DNA from: Mobula hypostoma | Lineage: Eukaryota | DNA: 64,000 nucleotides | Assembly (NCBI RefSeq): GCF_963921235.1 | Contig: NC_086107.1 | Span: forward strand, 104,720,001 to 104,784,000 | Direction of reading: 5' to 3' | Part shown: positions 23,963 through 37,537 of the stretch, piece by piece | How positions within the stretch are numbered: position 1 is the first letter of the stretch | How the letters are laid out: every line of letters starts with the position of its first letter | The notes under the pieces: model-generated | Told to the model about the DNA's origin: nothing | The model's input: the letters and a program-made list of their open reading frames with translations, nothing else | Database searches by the model: none | Position numbers and translations under genes: made by a program

Positions 23963-25659
23963 ATAAGTCAATGGCATTATAACAGTTTAAGTAACGTTTG
24001 GATATTAAACACACAGCACATAATTTTCCCCGTATGAACATATAAAATCATTGCAACATACCAACATCGCTGAATCAGTGGGAGCCCTGGGCTTGTTGTC
24101 CTGCAACAAGACTGTGATGGGAGACTGCTATACTCGAAGGGGGTTCCTTATGTCCAGTCTATTCCGCAATTTAGTTTTCATTGCATTCATTGCAAAGATA
24201 TGTTGGAAATAGAAGCAACATTTTCAGTGCTTTCGTGGCTATCTCAGGATATTTAGCCTTGACTTTGATCCAGAATGCCGGCAGAGATGTTATGTCAAAC
24301 ATACTTTTCAGCCCGCTGTCATTTGCAAGCTGGAGGAGTTGATCTCCTTCCCACGCTGACATGGATGACGCACGGGTAATGACCTCACATGCGTAATGGC
24401 TCAACAGTGCATGACAGGGAATGAGGAAAGGTGCAACTGAGTCATATCACCAAATCATATCATTTCCTCCCGGCCCGGTAGCACATGCTTTGCGGCCCGG
24501 CACCAGTCCGTGGCCCAGTGGTTGGGGACCGCTGCTCTAAGCCTTCTCTGCTTATTTGTTAAGATCATGATTGACCACCCGCTCCTCACCAGCTGTGTCT
24601 GTCTCAAGATCACTTTGCTTCTACCACCCTTGGAGGAAGAGAATTCATAAGACACTCAACCCTCTTGTTTTCATTTTCCACTCACTGTTCTGAAAGATGT
24701 CATGATATTTTGAGAATAACATTGTAATGTAGTCTGTAATCCCTAACACTTCCAACTCTGCCTTGATGAGGCTCTTCATTTTGTCTTGTTACTTTTCATG
24801 CTGAACCCCACTGGACCAGTTTTAGAATGAACAGGAATTGTTTGCAGCTTGTGAACTCATTACATCATTTGTGAATCGTTTGTGTTTTCATTACATTCAG
24901 CTGCTTGTTTTTTTTTCCCTTCAAAATGTCATGCCAGGATCCTTGGAGAGGAAGAACCCATTGGGGAAACCTCAGTCATTACATATCTGGCTATTTCTGT
25001 ATCTTCGGGTTGGGTGTGTAATGATACAAGAAACATAATTCATGGTAATTGTGTATAATTATTTTAACAGTTTTATATTTAAAACCGCAGGATTTTAGAA
25101 GAGAAGCTCATTTACAATCTTATCTAATTATCTTCAAAGGCAGAAATTCAATGAGGTTTCACCCACAAAGAAAAATTTAGAAAATATTTAAGAGTTCTTG
25201 TTAAACACTCCTTTTAAAGCTTTCTGTAGAATGATTGCACAATTTTTATTTGACAGTCTTAATATAAATGAAACCTCCTTTTTCAAATATGAAGTTATAG
25301 TTTCACAATTTGATCATAAAGGTAAGACTTGAGCTTGTGACTAAGAGTCTCCATCCCATTGGTGATAACAAGCATTATTGATGAGAGCAGTTCTTTTCAC
25401 AAGACTAAGAATAATAATGGATGTGTGAACCTCCCCCTTACCCACTCAAGGAAGTGATCATTTTGAAAAGATAGCGAGGGCTTTGCTCGAGTTTTGAGTG
25501 TAAAGCAACTAAAAAAAACTGCAAAATATATTGATGTATGATTGAGGTGGTGACAATGGTATTGGTTTACTGTTTATACAGATGAAATGTTTACACAATG
25601 AATCAAGATAGGACAAGGTAAAATAATACAGAATAAAGTGTAAAAGTACAGAGAAAATG

Positions 25660-25754
25660 TTAGTCCTGACGAAGGGTCTCGGCCCGAAATGTCAACTGTA
25701 CCTCTCCCTAGCTGCCTGGCCTGCTGTGTTCACCAGCAACTTTGATGTGTGTTG
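25660..25754 (+). mobile_element. ~95-bp hammerhead-only Penelope-derived insertion
   Basis: TTAGTCCTGACGAAGGGTCTCGGCCCGAAATGTCAACTG...GTGTGTTG with 11-bp TSD CAGAGAAAATG (25649-25659, 25755-25765). Confidence 0.88.
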
Positions 25755-25944
25755 CAGAGAAAATGCAGTGTAGGTAAATAATAAAGTGTATGTTTATAAT
25801 AGGTAGATTGTGATGTCAGGAGTCCATGTTATCACACAAAAAGACTCTTCAAGAGGCTGTCCTTGAGCCTGCTGGTATATGCTTTTGAACTTTTGTATTT
25901 TCTACCCAATGGGAGAGGGAATAGAGAATATCCAGAGTGTGTGG

Positions 25945-27198
25945 AGACATCTGGTCGCCTCACTATAGGAAGGATGTAGAAACCACAGAAAGGGTGCAGA
26001 GGAGATTTACAAGAATGGTGCCTGGGTTGGGGAGCATGCCTTATGAGAATAGGTTGAGTGAACTCTGCCTTTTTTCCTTGGAGTGACAGAGGATGAGAGG
26101 TGACCTGATAGAGGTGTATAAGATGATGAGAGGCATTGATCGTGTAGATAGTTAGAGGCTTTTTCACAGGGCTGATATGGCTAGAACACGAGGGCGCAGT
26201 TTTAAGGTGCTTGGAAGTGGTACAGAGGAGATGTCGGGGTAAGATTTGTACGCAGAGAGTGGTGAGTGCATGGAATGGGCTGCTGCCGACCGTAGATAGA
26301 TAGATAGATATACTTTATTGATCCCGAGGGAAATTAGGTTTCGTCACAGCTGCACCAACCAAGAATAGAGCATAAATATAGCATTACAAAAACCACAAAC
26401 AATCAAACAACAAAATGCAAACTATGCCAGATGGAAATAAGTCCAGAACCAGCCTATTGGCTCAGGGTTTCTGACTCTCCACGGGAGGAGCTGCAAAGTT
26501 CGATGGCCACAGGCAGGAACAACCTCCTGTGACGCCCAGTGTTGTATCTCGGTGCAATATGGCCGGAGTCCAACAGCAAAAAGTTCAATATCTGGTCTAC
26601 AAACACGTTCCTCGATCATAATATGACCCGGATTGCACCATTCATTGTTAACCAGAGCAGCAAGCCCCCAATTTCTTTACGCTTACCGCTCTCAGTGTGC
26701 TTCCAGTCAGCCCGAACGGTCTGGAAGCCGTCCATGGAAAAGTTTTGATCGCGTATGTCCTTGTGCAGCCCTGTTCCAGTAAAACACATTAACACTGCAC
26801 TCCCGAAATGTTCTCTGACGCCTGACTAGCGCTGTGAACTCGTCCATTTTATTACCCACCGAACTCCTCTTCTCCATAAGTCTCTGTTGTCTTGACCTGG
26901 TCCTCTTTCCTCACCTTTGTGATCCCCCTCTGCATCCTCTGTGTTTTCCTCAAGATTTCAGCTGGGGTTTCCGCTGCTCTGTTCGCTAAACCGAGTTGTC
27001 ACAGTAGGAACTACCACATTGCAATAAAAGTGGAGGCGGATACAATAGGGTCTTTTAAGAGACTCCTGGACAGGTACATGGAGCTCAGAAAAATAGAGGG
27101 CTATGGGTAACCCTAAGTAATTTCTAAGGTAAGCACATGTTCGGTACAGCTCAGTGGGCCGAAGGGCTTGCATTGTGCTGTAAGTTTTCTATGTTCTA
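25945..27198 (+). mobile_element. CR1 LINE 3' fragment (interrupted)
   Basis: WSPHYRKDVETTERVQRRFTRMVPGL...RGDLIEVYKMM. It resumes near 27030 (VEADTIGSFKRLLDRYM) and ends in TTCTATGTTCTA. Confidence 0.88.
26293..26993 (-). mobile_element. Internally deleted non-autonomous Rex1 derivative
   Basis: APE endonuclease N-terminal remnant (NKMDEFTALV...DGFQTVRAD...PDIELFAVGLRPY) joined to the same 3' end as the young Rex1; (TCTA)n tail. Confidence 0.8.
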
Positions 27199-28254
27199 TT
27201 AATTATGCTGGCTGCACAAAATATAGACGGGGAGGCTGGTTTCTGTAATGAGCTGAGCTGTGTCTAGAACTCTGTGCAATTTGTTGTAGTCACTTGCAGA
27301 GCGGTTGCCTACCAAGCTGTTGTACATTCAGATGGAATGCTTTCCATGGTGCATCAATAAATTGGTAATGGGTCAACAGGAATGTGTCAATTTTCTTTAA
27401 CCCCCCCTGGGAAGTTAAAGCGTTGGTGGATTTTCTTGGCCGTGACATCAACATAGTTGGACCAGAATAGGCTAGTGGGAATATTCATTCCTATAAACCT
27501 GAAGCTCTTAATGTCAACGCCATAGATCTAGAAAGGACCATAGGTATCAACCCCTTCCTCAGGTTACATGTCCCAGAAAAATCTTAGTTTTAGATCAGAG
27601 TAAAAGTGTAAAATGCTGATCTTGTTCAGTGTAAATGACAGCTATGGCAAGAGAAGCTTCAGTTGGATTTTATCTTTCCACCAAGTGGATGATTTTACAT
27701 TTGTGTCTGAATTTTGAAGGTCATCACACTAGTTACTCTACAGTTGTCACAGTAGGAACTACCACATTGCAATAAAAGAAATTCAGATTCCCAAATCTTT
27801 TACTGATATTTATTGTCCAACCTTATAAAAATCATAATGGAAGTGCCCAAGACAAAAAACAGTGGCGAGCAGTACCATGTCAGCAATCTGTGAATTATAA
27901 AGAAAGCTTAAACTTCTAACCATTAAGTATACAAATGCTGGTCTGTCTCGTCGTTTTATGAGAGATATCAGGACTACTTGTGCAGTATACGAGGATTGGG
28001 GCTGGTTGTTAGGTTAATTGATTACTGTAAATTATCTCTGGCGCAAGTGGGAGGTAGGCAATTATTGATGGGTATGTGAGACAGGATATGTTACAGGAAA
28101 GTAAACAGGGAATGGGGTTACTCTAAAGGTTGGCTGTATAGTCTCCCTCAATGTAGTAAGGAAATGTAACATTGATTTACATATTTTAAGGTCCTAATTG
28201 GGAGCCACTACAGTTCCAAAAGAACAGAAATGAAGAGTGAAACAGGGCTTAGCA

Positions 28255-28445
28255 TGTGCAACAAACAATTGCCTGGAGAAAATCAGTGGACCAAGCAGCA
28301 TCTGTGAGAGGAAAGAAATTGTCAGTGTCTCAGATCGAAAGCCTGCATCAGGATTACTTTCCTCCCACAGATACTGCTCGGCCTGCTGAGTTCCTCCAGC
28401 AGATTGTTTGTTCATTCCAGATTCCAGCATTGCACTCTCCTGTGA
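28255..28445. mobile_element. Older pair of inverted Penelope-derived termini
   Basis: A - strand unit with decayed CTGATGCAGG...CGATCTGAGAC, then a + strand unit ending CCAGATTCCAGCATTGCA. Confidence 0.6.
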
Positions 28446-29689
28446 TTCCAGGGTGTAGCTGGTGTTGTGACCTGGAAAGCAGACCTTCGGATGGCTTTAG
28501 GTTTACAGAGGATAACATAAGGGAGGCCAGCCAGATATGCATTGGCATAATCAGGTCTGAAGATCCCAAAGGCAATGGAGTTTTAGCAGCAACAAACTCC
28601 TGTCAACAATGATACCAAAGTTTGAACTAAATAGTCCAAGTAAATAATCCAAGTGATGGAATTGTTAGAAGATCACTAGCTCATTTTAACATTGGACCCC
28701 AAAGTTGTAGACAGAATCAGAATGAAGTTTAATTTCACCAGAACTTAAAATTGCTCACTCTCTCCACTTCTGATCCCTCTTTGAGGGTTGGTTGGTTTGT
28801 GTTTCTCTCAACTTACCCTTTCTGAAGTCCACAATCCATTTCCACAGATAATATAATTCCAAAAGATTGTGAAATATTTCTGAAAGATCAAGAAACGTAG
28901 GGACTGATGCCTGTTTTTAAGATGATGTTGCAGAGGTATAGATAAGAGAAATGGAGGTTCAAGGATTTGGTTTTACTATAAATCCTTTTTTTTAAGTTAG
29001 ATGGTCAGTTGACCACAAAAGCCTGTAAGTAAATTAAAGAAATTCAGGTTATCTGCTTGCAGGCAAGTTTTTCAATTTCAAAAATGTACCAAAACCCTTG
29101 AACAATTTTAGTGGATTGGAGTGCTTATTTATGATTTTTAAATGGACTTTGTGTGACTTGATTTTGATTTGTTTTGAAATGTAGCCTGCGGTGAGTAGGT
29201 TGAAGACAGGCATGAGTTTTAAGAGCACTGAATAATTACATTCCTTGAACTGGAAAAATTGCTATGACAATTTTTGTTTTCAACTGATAGCGGAATTATT
29301 CTGGCAGAATTGCTTCCACAGCTTTTATTTTTCAGTGCAATAACTCTGTCATTTGATTGAAGAATCAGAAATTACTAAATTTTAAAATAAGTTGTTCTGG
29401 ATTTTCCCATTTGGGAATTTCTAGCTCTTGTGATTTTTCATAGTTTTTGTTCTTGAGACCAATGCAATCAATGACTATAGACAAACTGAAAATTCTAGTT
29501 TCTTAATTCTAAATCAAGGATTCAATCAGTCCCTCTCTGCAATGCTTGATCTTCATTAGGTCTTGTACAGTAGGGATTCATTTGTAGCCTATCAAGATTA
29601 TTAGCACTGTATCTTCCCTTTTTTTAAAAAAAGTTCTATTTTATTTTGCTAAATATGTTCTTCAGGTGGTTCAAAAATTATTAATGAAA

Positions 29690-30570
29690 CAATCTGATTT
29701 AATATCACTGGCAAATGTCATGAAATTCGTTATTTTACAGCAATAGTACTTTGCAATATGTAATACTGAGAGTGCTATAAATTACAAAAAGAAATATATA
29801 AATTAAATTACTGCAAAAAGAGCAAAAAACAATGAGGTAATGTACATGGATTCATTGTCCATTCAGAAACTTGCTGATAGAGGGGAAGAAGCTGTTCCTG
29901 AAACTTTGAGTGTGTTATCTTCAGACTCCTGTACCACCATCTTGATGGTAGCAGTGAGAAGAGGGCATGTCCTGTGTGATGGGACTCCTTAATTACGGAT
30001 GCTGCCTTTTTGAGGCACTGCCATTGGAAGGTGACCTCGATGCTGGGTTGGCCAGTGCCCATGATGAACCTGGCTGCATTTACAACTTTTTGCAGCCTTT
30101 TCTGATCCTATGTGGTGGTCTCTTGATACCAGATGGTGGTGCGACCAGTTAGAATGTTCTCCATGATGCATCTGTAGAAATTTGCAAGATTCTTTGGTGA
30201 CAAACTCTTAATGATATATAGCCACTGCCACACCTCCTTTGTAAATACATCAATATGCTGTGCCCAGGATAGATCTTCAGAAATGTTGACACCTAGGAAC
30301 TTGAAACTGCTCACTCTTTCCACTGCTGATCCCTGAACTTTCCCATCCCAAAGTCCAGCCAGTTCCTTGGTCTTACTGACGTTGAGTGCAAGGTTGTTGT
30401 TGCAACACCACTTAAGCAGCTGATCTATCTCGCTCCTGTACAACTCTAGTCACTGTCTGAAATACTGCCGACAATAGTTGTGTATTCAGCAAATTTATAG
30501 TTGTTTGAGCTGTGCCTAGCCTCACATTCGTGAGTATAAGAGAGGGTAGAGCAGTGGGCTAAGCACACAT
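29690..30570 (-). mobile_element. Rex1-like LINE 3' part
   Basis: YRSEIDQLLKWCCNNNLALNVSKTKEL...VERVSSFKFLGVNISEDLSW. Confidence 0.85.
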
Positions 30571-30618
30571 CTTACTGTTAGTTTATGGCACCATGTTCAA
30601 GCTAATCTCAATGTTTAG

Positions 30619-30654
30619 ATTTCCCCCGGGATCAATAAAGTATGACTATGACTA
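30619..30654 (+). mobile_element. Extremely 5'-truncated young Rex1 stub
   Basis: ATTTCCCCCGGGATCAATAAAGTATGACTATGACTA matches the 3' terminus of the young Rex1 copies. Confidence 0.75.
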
Positions 30655-33600
30655 GACATTTTCTAGAGTCATAGACATAGAGCACTACAACACAGAAACA
30701 GCCCCTTTGACCCATCTAGTCTACACCAACCTAATTTTCTGCCTAGTCCCATTTGCCCATACCTGGACCAATGATTTCCATGCCTTTCTTGTTCATGTAC
30801 CTATCCAAACTTCCCTTAAATGTTGCAATTGAATCCTCATACACTATTTCACTGGAATCTTGTAGCAAGTACTTCTCAACCTTGTATTGAATTCTAATCA
30901 GTAAGGAAACTCAGCTTTAAATATCAATTTTGGTACTGCCTTGTATTTTATTTCCTCAGAGCAAAAGCAGGCTCATGTCATTAACAGTGAGGGCTGGTAG
31001 ATTTTCAGTTATGTTTAAATGGCGTTCATCTTGACTGCAGTAAGTCCGTTAGCATATTAATGACCAGTTTATTAGACTTCTCTGAATGCTAGTTTCGGAA
31101 ATGTGGTGGAAGTATAGTTGTATGACGGCAGCTGATAAACAGTACATAGTGTGGTGCAGAGCCATTTATGTCTGCATTATCTCTATTTATGATCCTTTTA
31201 GAAAGTTATACAGCTTCCAGTTAAAATAGTGCAATTTGTGTAATCCTTTAGGTAGCTGACATGGCAGCTAATCTGTGCATAATGAACTCCCACAAATAGC
31301 AAACATGATAATGATCATTGGTTAGTTCAGGATAAAAATTAAGTTAACTCTGCTGTTGTCATCAAAAGAATGCTATAGGATCTTCTGTACCAAGCTACGA
31401 TAAACAAGAAATCTATTACATGACTCAGCTTAAAGATGACATCTCTTGGTACAGCTGTTAACTTGTCATAGGTAGGTAGTCAGGTTCACTGTTGTTGGAG
31501 ATGATCATTATCTGGCATTTTGGTGGCATAAGTGTTAATACTATTTATCAGCTTTTGCCCGAATGCTGTCAAGATCTTGGTGTGTGTGAGCATAGTCTGC
31601 TTTAATTCCTGAGGGGAATGTAGATTGTGTAATTGTCAGCATGTGTCCTCAGTTCAGAAATTTTAAATGAGGGAATGTCATTAAAGCAGCTGAAGATGTT
31701 TGGGTACTGCCCTGAGGCATTCATGCCATGGTGTTCTGGATCTGAGATTGATCTATAACAATTATGACCACTTTTCTTTGTATGATCATTAAAGTGGTTT
31801 TACTAGGGCTCCTTGATACCACATTCAGTAAAGTTCTATGTTGTCAAGAGCAATCATTCTCACCTTGCCTCTGGAATTTAGGTCTTGGGTTCATATTCTG
31901 CATGTTTTCCTTTTGATGCCCACTGTTCACCTATTCACCCAAACAGGGTGGCTAATTGATAAAGTCAGTTACCTCTCAGTCATTAGCTAAATGATGGAAT
32001 GTGTCAACAGCTGTTCTGTGTCTGAATATCAATGGTTCAAAAGCATGAGTCCAGGTTAGGAAAATCTGTAATTTTACTTATGGTGAACACTTGTTGGTTC
32101 TTAATCTAGACATGCAGAGATAGTACCTAAAAATAGTTCCTTTTGTGGGATAAGCGAAACCTAAAAATGGTTCTTTGTGTAAAGTGACTGAATTTTACAG
32201 TAGGTGTGGTAAAGAATACTTGCTATTATCCCTGATAGGAAGCATAAGATGTTAATTCAGTGTGTCTGAAATGTTGCATTTCTTCATTAATCTATCATGT
32301 AGCCAAGAACAAATGGTTTTGGTATAGAAGCCAATAATGTGATTTGCTCTGCCGAACTGTCTTCCAGTCTATGTTCACACCACAATGTAGAGAACACTGA
32401 GATATTAAATCACTGCTATCACTGAATGCCACAACTATATTAATTGCTTTTTCAGCCGTGTGAGCTGCTTGGAGATAGGTCAGTTTCTAAATATAGAATC
32501 CAAGCCACTTGCTCTTTAATTGACTTCAGGAGGAGGTAGAAGGACTCCAGTCTGTTCTGAGTGTGGAGGAGAATGGGAATAGACAAGGTCCACAGATGCA
32601 GCTATGGGACCTGAGCCTGTGTTGTCCATGCTTATATGGGCACCCACCTCCAAGGTTTCCATTATGTTACAAATTTGCCATCAATAATGTATAATTTGAT
32701 CAGCAGCCAGCTAGAAAGTGTTTCGGCTGAATGCAACAGGGACAAACAGAAGTAATGTGAGGCTGTGGGAAATCTTATTGAAAAAGTTTGTTGGACTTGG
32801 ATGTAGTCATGAGCATTTGGATGTCAGCTGACAAAGTCAAGAATACAGACTGCATCAGTGCAGTGATCTTATGGTTACTAGTAGATGTGGGCCAGGTAAA
32901 TTATCACAGTATTGTTAGGCATACTTTCTGGATCAATTACATTCTGGTAGCACAGAACTGCAACAGGATTCAATTCTGTAATTGGGCTATTGAATGCTTA
33001 CTGCAGATTTTCTTGGTAAATTTTTATCATCAGTACCATCTTGCAAATGAAAGATAAAAATATATTATATGGCTTTGATTCAAGTGCCTTGAATTCACAA
33101 ATGAATCAGCTCTATACTAATGTAGGTATAAATCTGTTGTACAATAAAGTACTTCCTGCATTCTCTACTTAATGGCAATCAGTGTTTCCCAACTTTATTT
33201 CAAAAATCAAGATTTTCCTAAATATTTGCTTTACGTTTAATTTTTTTTGCTCTCCAGTTATAACTTGATAATTATCAAGCCTTTGCTGTAAGTCTGGATG
33301 ATACTTCATGACCTGTATAGTAAAGTCACATTCTGTCCTCATCTAATATTCACACACAATTGCTTCTATTAATGGTTTCTAAATAATAATTAGGTAAATG
33401 AATCCTGATCCTTTTGCCCTTTCCCTCGATGACTATGACTACTTTGAACTTAGATGTCTCTTTGCCTGAGATTGACCAATTTAGCACTGACTAGGGATTG
33501 AATCTGAGCCTTTAAGATGGAGTATACAATATATTTACAGCAAAAATAAATATGACATCGATGACATTGGCCAGGAAAGTTGTGAATTAATGTGATTATG

Positions 33601-36574
33601 CATTGACAGGCCCCAAAGTAATTAATCTGGTTTAAAAAGATTTGCAAGAGATAGATGTCTATCTGGCTGACAGTGTAAAGAATACAAACTCATATCACAT
33701 CAATATGGTGATATGATTACTACCAGACTTGGACCAGTTAAATTACCAGAAGTAGATAAAGTTTTGAAGGATTGGGGAATTGAGGGATATGTAGAATTGG
33801 CATAGAAGAGGATTTGAGGTCTGAGGCAGACCAGACATGATCATATTAAATCATAGGGTTGGCTTGACAGGGCAAGGAGCCTACTCCTCCTATTTTCATA
33901 AGTGGACCACTTCTCATATCTCTGTAGCCACCTCTCCTTCATTGCCTTCAATATGTGAGCACAACTTTTGCTTCATCATGGAAGAAGATATTTGAAGATC
34001 TCAATGGCAAATCTTGAGCAAGTTCATGACGTATTTGGCAGGAGTGATCCCTGCCACCCTGTATATTTCTGAAGCCTATGCTACTTACAGTAAGGTACCA
34101 CAAGGGACTAGAAAGATGCCACCAAAACCTCTCAAAGTTCCTCAAATGTTCTTCCCTGGGTAGTCATTATCAGATGTTTAGATTTAATGGTGTGCTCAAA
34201 TCCACCTTAATGAAATGCATTATTCCCAATTGACTTTTGGTAATCCCTGGCATGTGAACTAAAATTGCAGGAGGAGATTTTGGGTGGTATTAGAAACGCA
34301 TAGTATCACAATGTAAATGATGGAAGCAGTGTACCACCTCACAAACTACCCATTTGTTGGCCTTGTCAGGTAGCATCTGCCCCATCTACTGAAGGGTCTG
34401 TAGTTTCCATATCAACCTTTATTAGTTCTCTCTAGACTCTCAGACATGGTGTGGAAGTGAGTTATATTAGATTTCAGATAGACTACCTAAGACAAGAGTT
34501 TTAACTCCAGTTTCTGACTGGTAGTTGGTGAGAAATGATATTTTTCTGTGCTGTATTGAATTCATGATAGGAACTTCTGTGTCTATTTAATCTTTAAAGT
34601 AATTGAAAAGTGAGTTGTAAGAAAATTCTTCTATGGGAGCATTTAGAACAAGGGGTCTCTATTAAAAGCAAGCATTACCAATTTTGGCCAGAGGTGGGGC
34701 ATGATTTCTTTTGTATTGTGTTGCCTTTGTAACACTTCAAAGGATAGAGGCAGAGTTTTTGAATATTTTTTAAGTTGAAGGGAGGTAAAAGATTACCAGA
34801 TTTGGGCAGAAACACAGATTATACTCCTATCAGTTGTAATTCATTCAATGGCTCAGAGGTCTGATTTGTTCCTAATTTGTAAGTATGTTCTTATGTGTGT
34901 ATACACACTTACAATTGATTCACTGACTTGTAAATAGAAAAGTGTGTGGCCCATATATATCTTGCCTTCTGTTAAATTTAAGAAGCAGATAAATTACCCT
35001 GAAGTGCACTGAATATTTGATAATGAAGATGGCCAGTAATGGTGCAAAAATTGGTGATATAGCAACATCTGAGTGGACAAATATAAGAACTGTTAATGAT
35101 GGAGGTGATTCCAAAGGAAGTCAGTGGCATTTTGTTTGGACTACATGGGCTGCTTGCCTGCTTGATTGTGTCTGTCAACTCTGCATCTTCGTATTCTTGC
35201 TTCTATCATCCCCTTCGCTCCAAAAGCATTAAAAAAAAATTAAGATCACCCTCTGTATTTGCAAACATTATTTTTTGCTGTAAGTTGCCAAATTATAGAA
35301 ATGCGAATTATGGAGCAAAAGACAAAACAAAACTGGAGGAACTCAGCAGGTCAGAGGGCTGTGGAGGCAGAGGGCTGGTTGACATTTTGTATCAAGACCT
35401 TGCATCATGACAATTATGGGGTTCCTACCTGGTGAAATAATTTTCATTATTTATCTTGTGTTTTCTTTGAAAATGCAAAGAATTTCAAAATACAGTTGAA
35501 ATATAAAATTTCTGTACCAGCGAACTAACAAAGTTGCAGATCTTTCTTTAAAACCTTGGGTTTATTTTGAAGATTTAAAATTAATTGGAACAACAAGACT
35601 ATTTCATATTTTAGCAGTGAAGTCCAAAATTAAAGGAAAAACAGATTTAAATAGAATAACATACATAAAAGATGAACAAACTCAGAAGTTAGGCAGCATC
35701 TATTGTGAAGAATAAATCAGTTATGTGGAGTATATGGAATCAGAATAATGTTATATTACAGGAAGTTGCACATCAGATAGTTTGTACAAATCCCAGGCTT
35801 CCCTGGCACCAGTAAAATCAAAGATGATCCTTGAACTCGGGTATACATTCCCACCTGGGCTCTATATCCTTTGTTTCCCTTAAAATTCAAAATTCTATCA
35901 ATATCAGTTTTACATTTACTCTTAAATTGAGCACAAACAACCCTGTGAATTAGAGGTTTCAAAGAATTGTTGTCTTCTGAAGAAACTTATTTCCATCTTG
36001 GCCTTTTGCATGAGGTTCCCCCCTTTAGCACTAGACTCCTTAGTCTTAGAAGGCAACATTTAGGCTATCAAATTTTCAAGGATTTGCTATGGTTCACTGA
36101 TTCTGCCTTTTATTCTTACTGAAAAGAGGAATTTGTGCTAAGTAAACCTATCTATTTCTTGTACTCTTTTCTCCATGCAGTAATGCCAGCACACCATTTA
36201 CCATCAATTTTTTTTTTGTACAAGCAGTCCTTACTTTCCTCAGAACTGTTCATAACCTGAACTTTTCACAAGTGGGAAATGAACCAAAACAGTATGTAGA
36301 AGAGGATCACAGAGAAAAGGCTGAGATGGGAGACCAGTCAGGCACAGGAAGAATGGCTGTCAGCCAGACTTATTCATTTAATGAGTGACTGAATGAATCT
36401 GCTCGGTACCCTCAATTGTTGTGGCTCCAGGAGTGGAATGGGATGAGAGGAGGGGGAAGGCACACCCAGCAGATGTCTGCAGCCCTGCAGCAGCCAGTAA
36501 ATTCATTCTGCCAGTCTCCTAAATGCTTGTCTGTATTTACAATGTGTCCATAAGTTAGACATTCATAACTCAGC

Positions 36575-37405
36575 AAGGATCTCTTTCAGGGAAGGTGGGA
36601 CCTGTACAGGTGGGATGGTTTGCACCTGAACTTGGGAGACTAATATCCTTGTGGAAAGGTTTGCTAGTGCTGCACGGTGGGGTTTAAACTAGAATTTGCA
36701 GAGAGATGGGAACGAGGGAAGTAGATAGTGGAGTCATTGTGGGGAAAGATATTGCTAAGCCGACACACAAAGTCAGGAATTGAAAGGTTGAGCATGGTGG
36801 GATTAATGTTCTGAGTTGTGTATATTTCACCATAAGGTGTATTGTAGAAAAAGCGGATGAGTTTAAGACATGGATTAGCACATGGGATTATGACGTTGTA
36901 GCCATTAGTGAGACCTGGTTGTAGGAGGGGCAGGACTGGCAGCTGAGAGTTCTTGGGTTTAGTTGTTTTAGATGTGATAGAGGGATTAAAGGAGGAGGGA
37001 TGGCATTACAAGTCAGGGCAGAGCTCAGGCAGGATAGACTGGAGAGCTTGTCTACTGAGGAATAACAAAAGAAAAACTACATTAATGGGATTATATATTA
37101 TAGGCCACCAAATAGTCTGCAGTATTTAGAGGAACAAATTTCTAGTGAGGTAGCAGACTTTTGCAAGAAACATAAGGTTGTGATAGTAGGTGATTTTAAC
37201 TTTACACATATCGATTGGGACTCCCATACTATTAAGAGGGCTGGATAGAATAGAGTTTGTAAAATGTGTTCAGGAAAGTTTCCTTAATTAATACATAGAG
37301 GTCTCAACTAAAGGAAGTGTAATATTAGATATCCTATTAGGGAATGAGCAGGGTAGGTGACAGAAACGTGTGTAGGGAACACTTTACATCTAGTGATCAT
37401 AATCC
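36575..37405 (+). mobile_element. CR1 LINE remnant: ORF1 (esterase-like) end and ORF2 endonuclease
   Basis: DLFQGRWDLYRWDGLHLN; KADEFKTWISTWDYDVVAISETWL; VVIVGDFNF. Confidence 0.85.
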
Positions 37406-37494
37406 AACTTTTTAAAAAAAGGATCTAGTGCTTTCCCAGCGTATATGACAAATAAACTCTTCTCGGGCTTCTAGCTGGGTACAAAAATCAATTT

Positions 37495-37537
37495 TAACTG
37501 AAGTTTCGATGACAGATTCTGCCATCTTCATCAGAGG
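37495..37537 (-). ncRNA. Hammerhead ribozyme motif of the second Penelope family
   Basis: - strand CTGATGA-A-GATGGCAGAATCTGTCATC-GAAAC-TTC, with a long stem II (GATGGCAG/CTGTCATC, one G-U pair). Confidence 0.7.

Larger units (their letters stand above)
22259..24534 (-). mobile_element. Non-autonomous hAT (Charlie3/MER1-like), copy 2
   Basis: TIRs CAGGGGTCCCCAACC / GGTTGGGGACCGCTG. 8-bp TSD CTCTAAGC (22251-22258, 24535-24542). ORF fragment FDITSLPAFWIKVKAKYPEIATKALKMLLLFPTYLC. Confidence 0.92.
25560..27560 (-). mobile_element. Old Rex1-like LINE hosting three nested insertions
   Basis: The 3' part 25560-25940 (SLFPLPLGRKYKSSKAYTSRLKDS) continues at 27200-27560. Confidence 0.65.
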
